Of a stretch of 63,360 nucleotides of DNA, positions 24,831-36,349 are shown piece by piece. Positions within the stretch are counted from its first letter, which is position 1. Every line of letters begins with the position of its first letter. Below the pieces are notes generated by a model. That model did no database searches, had not been told where the DNA came from, and was given only the letters and a program-made list of their open reading frames with translations. The stretch is from Tubiluchus corallicola (lineage: Eukaryota > Animalia > Priapulida), in NCBI GenBank assembly GCA_030141605.1, contig JAQGDQ010000343.1, forward strand, positions 186,001 to 249,360, in the 5' to 3' direction. The position numbers and the translations under genes were made by a program.

Positions 24831-25263
24831 ATTTACAGAGTCTACAGGCAATCCTAGACATACCTAAAGCTGCATTTGTTTATTTGCATACGGCCTCTGA
24901 TAGCTTTGGATAAGTTTTAATGCAACTAGGGAAAACCTTTCTCCTTACTTGTTTGTTCTGTGATTAGGCAAGCTCTGTCACGTGGTTTTACTACATACCC
25001 ACCTTATCTGTAATTATTTACAGAGTCCACACGTATCCTAGACATACCTAGAGCTGCATTTGTTTACTTGCATATGGCCTCTGATATATTTGGAGACAAC
25101 ACTAAAGAACCGCTTATACCGTCTGATAGCTTTTAAATGTTATGGTTACTATGCTGCTGTTGTACTTTTGCCTCAGGCATGAATAAGTTGTATGCTAAAG
25201 TAAAGTTACACAAACTTGTTTTATCACAACACTATACAAAAATTAGGAATATTATTAACTTAA

Positions 25264-25682
25264 GGGACAAGAAAAGGGGTACCTGAAGTGGGTTTCAGAA
25301 AAGTCACCTTAAAAATTATATTACTTTACAGCATAGTCACCTTAAAAATTATATTACTTTACAGCATAGTCACCTTAAAAATTATATTACTTTACAGCAT
25401 TTCTAAGCATATATTGTATTCACTTCAAAAGGAATTTTTGTTTGTTTTCATTTTAAAGGTCCTGCAATACTGTTCCAAAGTCACCATTACATGACGTTAC
25501 TACACAAATGTAAATCAGAGGAAGAAAAGGCAGTGTTAAAAAACTTTCCCAAAAAACTTCCCATGCAAATCTATATTACTTAGAATTGGTAAAATGTCGC
25601 TGGCTCACCCTTCGGCGTGCGCCACTCACTAGCCAAAAACATATTTTTAATCTTATCGACAAGTGCAGGGTTTTCTTGTGCT
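25264..25682. mobile_element. MITE family B (Kolobok-like) with an internal 33-bp x3 repeat
   Basis: TTAA|GGGACAAGAAAAGGGG … GGGTTTTCTTGTGCT|TTAA. Confidence 0.72.
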
Positions 25683-26570
25683 TTAAATGTCATTAGCAGT
25701 ATGCAAATAACACACCTGAAAATTGATAACACAGCATACAAGAAGCTTATTGAAGAGACACTTTAGTGAGATGCAAATATTATGGCGAACACCCGCTATC
25801 GTACTGACACCTGTCGGCATCAAATAGAGTTAGCACGTCAACTTATCATGTCACGAGTTTCATGTGATGCATTACAAGACAATTACTGAGCACGTTCCCT
25901 ACTTGACTTCAAGTTTTAACCCTCCGCCCGAGAAACCACGTGCGTTTAAGCATAGTAACCAAGTTTTGCTGGCTTTTTATGAATCAGAAAAACTCATCTG
26001 TAAAAATGATATTGAAGCTAACATTGAAATGACACCAAATGATTAGTAGAGGGTTGACATCATCGCTGTAAATTTTATGTGATTTTATGTGTGCACTGGG
26101 TGTAAGCCGTATGTTTGTTCTGTCCCATTTTGATAAAACATTTTTGCGAAAAGTGACCTTTGACTTTATCACATGGATTTACAAACAGATTGACCTCCAA
26201 ATTGTCATTCATAATGAGGAGATATCAACTTACCTAAGAATTTGAACCTTATAGACTTTAGCACTTGAGCTAGCGACAGTTCACGGACTCTACATACATG
26301 GAACTATTTACTCTATGAGGTTTGTGCCATCAAGAACATGTGCTTAAAACACCTCATTTTAGCAACTCCAGTCCATGTATTCTGATCAGTTCACTGACCA
26401 TTTGCAATTGATTATGGCTGATCTAATCTTGTTTTTGCACAAATGTTGAGGCTACTACTCATCCACGGAAGAATTATAGCTAGTTCACAATACAAATTAT
26501 ATTTTGGTGGCTGTAATATAAGACTGCCAAACATTCTGCTGTCACGTTTTGGAAATGCTGCAATTGCCAT

Positions 26571-26576
26571 TTTATT
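26571..26576 (-). terminator. Candidate polyadenylation signal of the piggyBac-derived gene
   Basis: AATAAA on minus strand ~350 nt after the stop codon. Confidence 0.35.
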
Positions 26577-26923
26577 ACACAAAGGCTCCTCTTCTACTAA
26601 GGACCACCACATTCACAGCACTGCATATTTCGTTTAGGTATGCATAGTTTTGCTGACAGAGCATGAATACAGGTGTTTACCACTGATATGCACTGCTGCT
26701 GTACTCTAGTGTGAATGTCACTTAAAAGACCAGTTGTTAATAACATCAGTGAAAAGTTGTCGATACTCACAGTCTTTACCTTGCACTGTAAATGTCACCT
26801 TAAGTACACGAGTGCTCTACTACTACACCAGAGAAAAGTTGCTGATGTTCACACCAGCACTCTGCTCTTGTCGCAGGGTGGCAGATGTGCTTACAGCCTT
26901 TAACTTGCATTGTGAATGTCACC

Positions 26924-27358
26924 TCAAGTACATGAGTGCTCCACTACTACACCGGAGAAAAGTTGCTGATGTTCACACCAGCACTCTGCTCTTGTCGCCG
27001 GGTGGCAGATGTGCACATCACAGTAACCGCACTTATATCTGCTCTCGTGCGATCGAGCCTTCTTGGCATTTGTCCTTCTTGCATTTCTTTTGCACTGCAC
27101 ACATTCACGTTTCTGGGCGCAGTGCAGTAACCTGTGATTGCACAGCGGACGTCTTCGTTTGCCAGCTATGGGCGGATTAACTACGGTTAATCCTCTTGCT
27201 AAGGGGTGTTTGGGATACTTTTTGCGCTTGCGACCTTGAAAATCGCTGATTAACTGGGATGCCAGTTTGCGCCGGAATGTCAGGTGATCTCTGTCATTTC
27301 CCACATTGAACGGCATATCGTTAGCCGTCGTCCAGTTTATGTAAGCATTGGTGATACT
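26924..27358 (-). CDS. piggyBac-derived gene, exon 6 (last; C-terminal Cys-rich zinc finger)
   Basis: atttcag| acceptor; SITNAYINW…HLTFRRKLASQLI…RECVQCK…ESRYKCGYCDVHIC…ECWCEH…stop; typical PGBD C-terminus. Confidence 0.88.
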   Translation of the reverse strand, partial: SITNAYINWTTANDMPFNVGNDRDHLTFRRKLASQLISDFQGRKRKKYPKHPLARGLTVVNPPIAGKRRRPLCNHRLLHCAQKRECVQCKRNARRTNAKKARSHESRYKCGYCDVHICHPATRAECWCEHQQLFSGVVVEHSCT

Positions 27359-28382
27359 CTGAAATTATGAAAGATGCATTATAAAACGTTAACGAAATTG
27401 TAAGAATAACCAAGCACGTCCATGCAACACTAAAATGCCTACTCTTAATAATTCTAGTTTAAAGGATTAACTAGTTAGTCATAAAAGGTTATGTCATAAG
27501 TCATTTATTTCTCATGACACATTTACAATAGTTTCGTGTACAATATATGGTGAAAGGGCCTACAATGAACGTAATACAAATAAGCTTTTATTGCTTCTGC
27601 ACAAGAAAAGCCTCACAGACTGTTCACATCTATACAAATATAAATGTGTTGCAGGCAATCAAAATCAGGGCTTGTTAGATTGTCCCACACAGTGAAAGAA
27701 AAAAAAGTAATGAAAATAATCAGAAAATTCGAAGTGAATTTTAACGTATGATAAAGAAAACATTTAGTGTTTCAGAATGTAATGATATAATGAGTGAAGC
27801 TCATATATGAGATGATAGCATTATGGTGATCATATGATATATGACCAGCATAATAATTAATGCTGCAATATCCAGCTGACAAGATAGGCTATACCGATGT
27901 GGGGAAAGTATGTAAAACAAAGCAACGTGTTCTCAGTGGATGCACAATAATTCAGCGTCTTAAAATAGGAATATAATATATAATATTGTAATAGGAATCA
28001 CCGGTTTAATTTTGACAACAAAATTACTTAATTGCACTGATACTAACATTATTTAAAATAAGTATTTGAATGTATGCAGTTTGTTGGATTAATTAACTAA
28101 TTTATATTTCAAATGAAGTGTTAATTTGTAATGATACTCCTATAATACTGGTCAATCAACTTACATGAACTACTACTGCTAATACTGCAGCACATAGTAA
28201 CTAGGAATGGAAAAATTTAGGACATATTTGACCAGCAAATACTTTGTTTATTCTCTTGTTTCAATACCAGGTATTTCATTCAGACTTACTTGGTATTAAA
28301 CTAGTAACTTGAACGAGAATCTAACTGCAATTTACGATATCAATGATTGACTCGTGTATCAGTGGAAGCATAAAGAACAAGG

Positions 28383-30398
28383 TTGCAACTTCGAGGTTCA
28401 ATATTGTCAGAAACCTTGCAGTTACAGTGAGCACTAGGGCTGAGCATTCTCTACTGCAACTTCAAGGTTCAATATTGGCAGAAACATTGCAGTTACAGTG
28501 AGCACTAGGGGTGAGCATTCTCTACTGCAACTTCGAGTTTCAATATTGTCAGAAACCTTGCAGTTACAGTGAGCACTAGGGGTGAGCATTCTCTACTGCA
28601 ACTTCGAGTTTCAATATTGTCAGAAACCTAGCAGTTACAGTGAGCACTAGGGGTGAGGATTCTCTACTGCAACTTCGAGGTTCAATATTGGCAGAAACCT
28701 TGCAGTTACAGTGAGCACTAGGGGTGAGCATTCTCTACTGCAACTTCGAGGTTCAATATTGGCAGAAACCTTGCAGTTACAGTGAGCACTAGGGGTGAGC
28801 ATTCTCTACTGCAGCTTGGAGGTTCAATATTGGCAGAAACCTTGCAGTTACAGTGAGCATTCTCTACTGCATCTTCGAGGTTCAATACTGGCAGAAACCT
28901 TGCAGTTACAGTGAGCACTAGGGGTGAGCATTCTCTACTGCATCTTCAAGGTTCAATATTGGCAGAAACATTGCAGTTACAGTGAGCACTAGGGGTGAGC
29001 ATTCTCTACTGCAGCTTGGAGGTTCAATATTGGCAGAAACCTTGCAGTTACAGTGAGCACTAGGGGTGAGCATTCTCTACTGCAGCTTGGAGGTTCAATA
29101 TTGGCAGAAACCTTGCAGTTACAGTGACCACTAGGGGTGAGCATTCTCTACTGCATCTTCGAGGTTCCATACTGGCAGAAACCTTGCAGTTACAGTGAGC
29201 ACTAGGGGTGAGCATTCTCTACTGCAGCTTGGAGGTTCAATATTGGCAGAAACCTTGCAGTTACAGTGAGCACTAGGGGTGAGCATTCTCTACTGCAGCT
29301 TGGAGGTTCAATATTGGCAGAAACCTTGCAGTTACAGTGAGCAGTAGGGGTGAGCATTCTCTACTGCAGCTTGGAGGTTCAATATTGGCAGAAACCTTGC
29401 AGTTACAGTGAGCACTAGGGGTGAGCATTCTCTACTGCAACTTCAAGATTCAATATTGGCAGAAACCTTGCAGTTACAGTGAACACTAGGGCTGAGCATT
29501 CTCTACTGCAACTTCAAGGTTCAATATTGGCAGAAACCTTGCAGCTACAGTGAGCACTAGGGGTGAGCATTCTCTACTGCAACTTCGAGGTTCAATATTG
29601 GCAGAACCCTTGCAGTTACAGTGAGCACTAGGGGTGAGCATTCTCTACTGCAACTTCGAGGTTCAATATTGGCAGAAACCTTGCAGTTACAGTGAGCATT
29701 CTCTACTGCAACTTCGAGGTTCAATATTGGCAGAAACCTTGCAGTTACAGTGAGCACTAGGGGTGAGCATTCTCTACTGCAACTTCGAGGTTCAATATTG
29801 GCAGAAACCTTGCAGTTACAGTGAGCACTAGGGGTGAGCATTCTCTACTGCAGCTTGGAGGTTCAATACTGGCAGAAACCTTGCAGTTACAGTGAGCACT
29901 AGGGGTGAGCATTCTCTACTGCAACTTCAAGATTCAATATTGGCAGAAACCTTGCAGTTACAGTGAACACTAGGGGTGAGCATTCTCTACTGCAACTTCA
30001 AGGTTCAATATTGGCAGAAACCTTGCAGCTACAGTGAGCACTAGGGGTGAGCATTCTCTACTGCAACTTCGAGGTTCAATATTGGCAGAAACCTTGCAGT
30101 TACAGTGAGCACTAGGGGTGAGCATTCTCTACTGCAACTTCGAGGTTCAATATTGGCAGAAACCTTGCAGTTACAGTGAGCACTAGGGGTGAGCATTCTC
30201 TACTGCATCTTCGAGGTTCAATATTGGCAGAAACCTTGCAGTTACAGTGAGCATTCTCTACTGCAACTTCGAGGTTCAATATTGGCAGAAACCTTGCAGT
30301 TACAGTGAGCACTAGGGGTGAGCATTCTCTACTGCATCTTCAAGGTTCAATATTGGCAGAAACCTTGCAGTTACAGTGAGCACTAGGTGTGAGCATTC
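28383..30398. repeat. 71-bp satellite, ~28 copies (some 58-bp variants)
   Basis: Unit AGCACTAGGGGTGAGCATTCTCTACTGCAACTTCGAGGTTCAATATTGGCAGAAACCTTGCAGTTACAGTG. Confidence 0.97.
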
Positions 30399-30746
30399 TG
30401 TACCAGAAAGGAAATTCGAATCGAATTTGTGACTTTTGAATTGGAATCGAACCGAATTTCAGTATTTCAAATTCGAATTGAGATTGAAAGATTTTCGCAC
30501 AAGTTTTCGAACCACGAGTAAAAATTAGTCTTACAAAGATCATGCAGATTACTCGATTTTGTTCTGCAGTACAACCACTGAAAATTTGTTTAAAATTGTG
30601 CACAGAAATCACAGCTAAATTCTTCAAATTTCATGATAAAGAACGTATGTGGTTTTGAAGTACTGAATTATTCGAATCTATAGGTTTAGGTTCGAATCGA
30701 ATTCGAACTAAAAAAACTCCATTCAAATGTTCGACGCTTACCCCTA
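30384..30746. mobile_element. hAT-type MITE, 363 bp
   Basis: TIR TAGGTGTGAGCAT…ACGCTTACCCCTA; perfect 8-bp TSD GTGAGCAC (30376-30383 / 30747-30754). Confidence 0.85.
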
Positions 30747-30767
30747 GTGAGCACCATTATAGCATAC

Positions 30768-31004
30768 CTCATTAGCTTTGTAGTAGAACAAATGCCGGTG
30801 CAGTTTCTTCGACGGTCTTCCAAAAGAAAAATTCTGTTGCAGTTGTTCGACCATTTCATAAGCCTTGGAATATTCCTTGAAATTTGTGATGTTCTGCGGA
30901 ACTGGCATGCATTTCAACTCGCTGATGTGGCTGTCCTTGTACACCTTCCACCTCATAGGCATGCTCTTTGCCGATGGGTTTGTAGTTGTAGACATTAGAC
31001 ACAT
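30768..31004 (-). CDS. piggyBac-derived gene, exon 5
   Basis: cccatag| acceptor, |gtatgc donor, 237 nt phase 0/0; MCLMSTT…VPQNITNFKEYSKAYEMVEQLQQNFSFGRPSKKLHRHLFYY aligns to the PGBD P.+I.dYN..MGGVD..DQ…R.s.KWw.++F region. Confidence 0.85.
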
Positions 31005-31495
31005 CTATGGGCATAACCATAGAGGAAAGAAAGAAAATTGAATTTGGTAAAGGAGAATTACCTTTACGTAAATTGAGAATCATGTTGCTGGAACGAAGCC
31101 TATGCGCATAATCCGTAGAGGAAAGAAAGAGAAATTGAATTTGTTAAAGGAGAAGCATGTTGCTGGAACGAAGCCTATGGGCATAATCCGTAGAGGAAAG
31201 AAAGAGAAATTGAATTTGTTAAAGGAGAAGCATGTTGCTGGAACGAAGCCTATGGGCATAATCCGTAGAGGAAAGAAAGAGAAATTGAATTTGTTAAAGG
31301 AGAAGCATGTTGCTGGAACGAAGCCTATGGGCATAATCCGTAGAGGAAAGAAAGAGAAATTGAATTTGTTAAAGGAGAAGCATGTTGCTGGAACGAAGCC
31401 TATGGGCATAATCCGTAGAGGAAAGAAAGAAAATTGAATTTGTTAAAGGGGAAGTACTTTTACGTAAATTGAGAAGCATGTTGCTGGAAAGAAGC
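31005..31495. repeat. 75-bp tandem repeat, ~6 copies, abutting the exon-5 acceptor
   Basis: Unit CTATGGGCATAATCCGTAGAGGAAAGAAAGAGAAATTGAATTTGTTAAAGGAGAAGCATGTTGCTGGAACGAAGC. Confidence 0.95.
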
Positions 31496-31774
31496 CACCT
31501 TCCAGCAATATGGCAGCTGCCTGTCATCAGATATTTATCATTACTTAGAAACTTTTGGTAATTACAGGAAAGCTTGCATTTGCTTGAGCCAAACAAACCA
31601 CCAAATCACTTTTTCAAACATTTTGATTATCGACTAGTTAGGAAAATAAGTGCTTTCATTGAAACAGCACCTCCCTGCACAGCTTACATGCTCAAAGGCT
31701 TTCTTTGCACTTTTTTGTTTCAACTGCTAATAACGTACTTTGAGGCATTTTAGATATTAACTGTTAATCACAGT

Positions 31775-32174
31775 TAGGTGTGAGCATTCTGTGCCAGAAA
31801 ATGAACTCGAACCGAATCAAGTTTGTGACTTTCAAATTCGAATCGAACAGAATTTCCAGATCTCGAATCCGCATCGAATTTCAATTCCGTTTTAAAGATT
31901 TTCATATAAATTTTCGATTCACTAATAAAAAGCGGTCTCACAAAGATCATGCATATTGCTTCATTTTGTTTTGCACTGAAAACACTAATATTTGTCTGAA
32001 AACTAAACACAGAAATCCAGCTAAACTTGATTGCTTGCTGTTTCAAATGTTTTAATGATAAAGAATGATAGTTGAAATGGTGTATTATTTGAATCCATAA
32101 TTTTAGCCTCAAATCAAATTCAAATTAAAAAAAACTTGTTCGAATCGAGCTGGAACGCTCGATGCTCACTGCTA
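31775..32174. mobile_element. hAT-type MITE, second copy of the 30384-30746 family
   Basis: TAGGTGTGAGCATTCTGT…GATGCTCACTGCTA; TSD ATCACAGT/ATAACAGT (7 of 8 match). Confidence 0.8.
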
Positions 32175-32630
32175 ATAACAGTAAAAGTACATTTACAGTA
32201 ACTAAATACGAAACGTCAATGAGAAGTCGAAATTTCTTAATGTCATTGTTTCCCAACGTGAATTTAACTTGGACAACCTCTGTCTTGGGTGCAGTGTTTC
32301 TTGTTCCTTATTTATATTTTATAATGGTATAACTTTCATTGTGTTCATTTGTAAAGGGTTTCCAAATTAACATTTAATGAACAACATAAATGATCTTCTG
32401 ATTCTAACACTAAAGACCTTTGCTTTTGGGATAGCGTTTCCAATCCAGATTTGCAGTGATTATAAAGGCGATGTTAGCGACTGTTGCAAACATAGTCCAG
32501 TTGCAAAACTGGACAACTGGTGCAATTAATTCACATTGTTCTTGCCAGAGCAAGCACTGAACTAAATCCGACAAGTTGAGGCTGGATCTGGATGAGTCTT
32601 TGTAACAATGATAATTGCAATTGCACTTAC

Positions 32631-32831
32631 CTTTTTCCTTTCCACCCAAGCTGATACAAGCACGGGACCGTCCTGTGCATTTACCATTTCTCCCAAAGTC
32701 ATGGTTTTGGCCTCGAGTGACTTGATGTCTTGGGGTTGATCGTCCTTCCTGACGTAGCCCGCGCCGTAAGAGTTCTGTATGTATAGGTAGTCAAGCAACT
32801 GCACCGTCATCGGTATGTTGTCGAAATAAAT
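32631..32831 (-). CDS. piggyBac-derived gene, exon 4
   Basis: ttgcag| acceptor, |gtaagt donor, 201 nt; IYFDNIPMTVQLLDYLY…GYVRKD…VSAWVERKK (cf. D346 motif +y.DN+FTS..L). Confidence 0.88.
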
Positions 32832-33555
32832 CTGCAACAAGTTTTTTACAAATTCAATATACAAATGGACTTAACAACAGTTGAGCAACATTAGAACAAC
32901 ATTGAAATAATTTGGAGAAATTGAATCACGCTGCACATCTTTTCCCTACAGATAAGCTAAAGTGCAAATATCGACCTTAAGCTCTAGAATAGTGTGGATT
33001 AACAGCAATGATAAGGCCATCAGATAAGTGCTTTACCGCCCTTCCGCCTCTTGTAAGCATGTTTTACAACAGTGGACAGTGAGTGGTTAAATAAAATGTA
33101 TAGGTTTAAATAGTCAGTGACAGATGCACACATTCAAGCACTTTATTCATTCAAAGATATTTATAAAGCAAACTATTGAACATACAAAATGCCACAACTC
33201 AGTACAGATTTATAAAATTTTCATTTACAATTTAATTAAAAACAGAAATGATAACTCGTTAAAGCAAACAAGACAAAGCGTGACAGAATTTATCTTTCAA
33301 GAATCAAATATAGAAAAATCAGTAATTCAAATTCCATTACTTCGGATTGCATTGTACTTTCAGGAGTGTCATCTCGTGCCAGTTTGACTACATCTAAATC
33401 AGACTTTACCATACATTTTTGGTTTCAGGGCTTAACTGGACACTCCATATGGTGTGTTAACAGCCAGGATGTCAGTTGGCTGTTCCACCATATTCCCAAC
33501 CCACCTTCTTTGATTAATAAAGTAATCTTTAGATATTAATTCTTGTTTTTCTTAC

Positions 33556-33723
33556 CCTGTGAAAGTGGTTGTAGAAAGTGGTAAGCAGTCGATCAATTAT
33601 CTGCCCTTGCAAGTTACCCTGGAAATGTATCAGCCCGTCATCTACATGGTCTGGTTCCTTGCCTAAGAAGTGAAACTCGTCAAGAAACGTGTAACCCGTT
33701 AATGGATCCGCCACTACATACAC
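33556..33723 (-). CDS. piggyBac-derived gene, exon 3
   Basis: acccag| acceptor, |gtaaga donor, 168 nt; VYVVADPLTGYTFLDEFHFLGKE…IIDRLLTTFYNHFHR. Confidence 0.88.
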
Positions 33724-34126
33724 CTGGGTAAAGCAAAAAAACATAAGTACATTTACATTCCAGTTAATAAGGATGATTTTGTTGATTTTAAAACAGCATG
33801 TCAACGTTTCGCAAAAGTTTGATAACACTTTCGGAAACACACATAGTTGTACAATGCACCAAGCTTTGAAAAGATTAATCAGTGATAACTGAATCGCGGT
33901 TTAAATAAATTTCAGTAACAGGCAAAACAACCTATTCCCAAATAACCATTTGGAAATGTTCAAAAACGGCCATTAACATGCAAAGAAAATTTGGTATTAT
34001 TTTAGAAAAACAGCGAGAATTCAAATCGCTTCCGCTGCACTAATTTCATTCACTGAACTTTTAACAAGACGAGGGGAGGACGGGTGATGGAGGTTTATCG
34101 ATCAAGATCAAAAAATGCACTTTTAG

Positions 34127-34610
34127 AAGCTCATAAGATTAAACTAATGACTTTGTCTTGTCTATTCTAGAACTGTTCCTCCGAGCTCACGAGGTTAAAC
34201 TAATGGCTTCGTCATGTCCATTCTAGAACGGTTCCTCTGATCTCATGAGGTTAAACTAAGGGTTTTGTCATATCCTTTCTAGAACTGTTCCTCTGATCTC
34301 ATAAGGTTAAACTAAGGGTTTTGTCATATCCTTTCTAGAACTGTTCCTCTGAGCTCAAGAGGTTAAACTAATGGCTTTGTCATATCCATTCTAGAACTGT
34401 TTCTCTGAGCTCATAAGGTTAAACTAATGGCTTTGTCATATCCATTCTAGAACTGTTTCTCTGAGCTCACGAGGTTAAACCAATGGCTTTGTCATATCCA
34501 TTCTAGAACTGTTTCTCTGAGCTCATAAGGTTAAACTAATGGCTTTGTCACGTCCATTCTAGAACTTCCTCTGAGCTCACGAGATTAAACTAAGGGTTTT
34601 GCCGTATCCT
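34127..34610. repeat. 56-bp tandem repeat, ~8.5 copies
   Basis: CTAGAAC recurs at 34167, 34223 and onward. Confidence 0.93.
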
Positions 34611-34659
34611 CAATAAGACAAACTATCTCATCATTTGATTATTGAGTCAGTATACTTGC

Positions 34660-34783
34660 CTCGTAACGGCTCCGTATGTTCGGAGATGGACGTTCATGAC
34701 AGAAGACCTTTGTTGTCTGTTTGCCTTTCAAGCCAATAACCATTTGGTAAACAGCGATCTCTGGACTAGGGTTTCTGGCACAT
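34660..34783 (-). CDS. piggyBac-derived gene, exon 2 (GC donor; absent from the ORF track)
   Basis: ttgcag| acceptor, GAG|GCAAGT donor, 124 nt phase 2/0; CARNPSPEIAVYQMVIGLKGKQTTKVFCHERPSPNIRSRYE aligns to PGAHLTIDEQLLGFRGR. Confidence 0.8.
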
Positions 34784-35607
34784 CTGCAAGTGAAAATTGC
34801 AACATTCTAGTTACACAAATTTAAAACCAGAGACAAGAGTAAGAGTCAGCATCAGTGACAACAAGCTTTGTTTAACACAAGAACAGGTCTTAGAGGAATA
34901 TATCTGATTGAGAGAGCAAGGTCCATAGCTGCCTTGGACACAGCACGACTTGTTTGATATTATAAAGATAGGTCAAAAAAACAATGCTTACGGTCACTTA
35001 TCCAAGTACATGGCTAAGTCAGTTTATTTAACTTTGATAACTGTTCCACTTAATTCTATACATGAACTTTGTTTGGTTACATTACTTACTTGACATGTGT
35101 TAGTGGGAAGTAGTTTTGCTAGTGTGCGTCTGTTGCCTGTCCTAATGCAGCTGACAATTAACCAGCTTTAGGTTATTGCTGAGACATAATCTTTAGTCTG
35201 CACTATGTAGTAATACACTGTACTTTGAAACTTTGAACTTCTTTATTTCTGAAAGCTTCCACGCCACAAACAATTTTTGAAACCTGCAGTATATCAACTG
35301 ATAAAATTATGATATAGTTTGCAATTCAATTTGATTAAATACATGACATTTGTTTGAATTTAAACTTGTTTTTGCTAAAATTTTGTCATTGTAATATGAG
35401 TGTGGCACATAAAATGTAGGCTACTGTGTGCTTATAATAACTGTACAGGCCAGTAATGTAAATTTTTGTCATAAACCATTTGCTTAATATCTAGGCCGTT
35501 TCAACTAGTAAATAGTAAAAAATACTGTTTAGTTAGGTAATAATTACAGGGCCAAATAGGTGTGATAAAAATTTCAAGTATTTCTATGTAGGAAGAAAAT
35601 GAGATAC

Positions 35608-36347
35608 CTTGCATTTTTATTTATTCTGTCCACAACCTGCCTAATCCGGAGCAATGGATCCTGTTTCTCTGCCTCTTTCTGTAATTTTCCCGCCTCGGAT
35701 TGGGGGTGTGCATATGGATGATCAGAATACGATAAGTACTTACTAATTTGTCTGAACCTGTTGCGACTCATCGTTTTACTGATCAGAGCATTCCCAAGAT
35801 CGTCATCATTAGACCAGTAGTCCAACATGAAAGCTTGCTTGTTGTAGCCCATTATTATGAGAATGCCCAGGAATGCTTTCATCTCAGCGACTGTGACCGG
35901 ATACCATTTGGAACTGGTCTCTTTCGCATTTTCCCAACGCCTTTGCTGCGCGTAACGGTTGGTCGATCTGACAAGATACGAAATCAGCTGCCCATCAAAA
36001 ATTTGATAGAAATAATCTATTTCTCTGGCCTCGGGTCCCAGTGGAAAAGCCGCTCCGGGAGGGGGACCAGCAAACGGTTTGGGCGTCCACGGAGAGACCT
36101 CTTTCTTCCAATTCCGCCACTCGGCTCCTTGATTTGGGTTGCGCACGCTGGTGTGACTGCATTGCTGTCGATTCTCCTGGTATCCCTCCTCCTGCCCGTG
36201 CGGTGGTTGTTGCTGCTCTATGTGCGGTTGCGACTGATCGTGAAATACGATGATTAAATCATTATTTGCACTAGTTGTGTCCACGTAAGCTTGTTCTCTG
36301 TTTTGTTGCTGTACGTATTCACACATCACGTAGTTTTCGCTGTACAT
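35608..36347 (-). CDS. piggyBac-derived gene, exon 1
   Basis: ATG at 36347, AG|GTATCT donor; DYFYQIFDGQLISYLVRSTNRYAQQ…WYPVTVAEMKAFLGILIIMG…DYWS…MSRNRFRQISKYL…DPLLRIR is the classic DDE_Tnp_1_7 N-terminal region. Confidence 0.9.
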
Positions 36348-36349
36348 GA

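Noticed and set aside
25700-26046. Coding-looking stretch (ORF 25864..26046)
   Set aside because: No recognisable motif or consistent exon structure
31080-31437. Periodic ORFs on both strands
   Set aside because: Translation of the 75-bp repeat
35748-36257. 169-aa plus-strand ORF
   Set aside because: Antisense shadow of the piggyBac-derived exon 1
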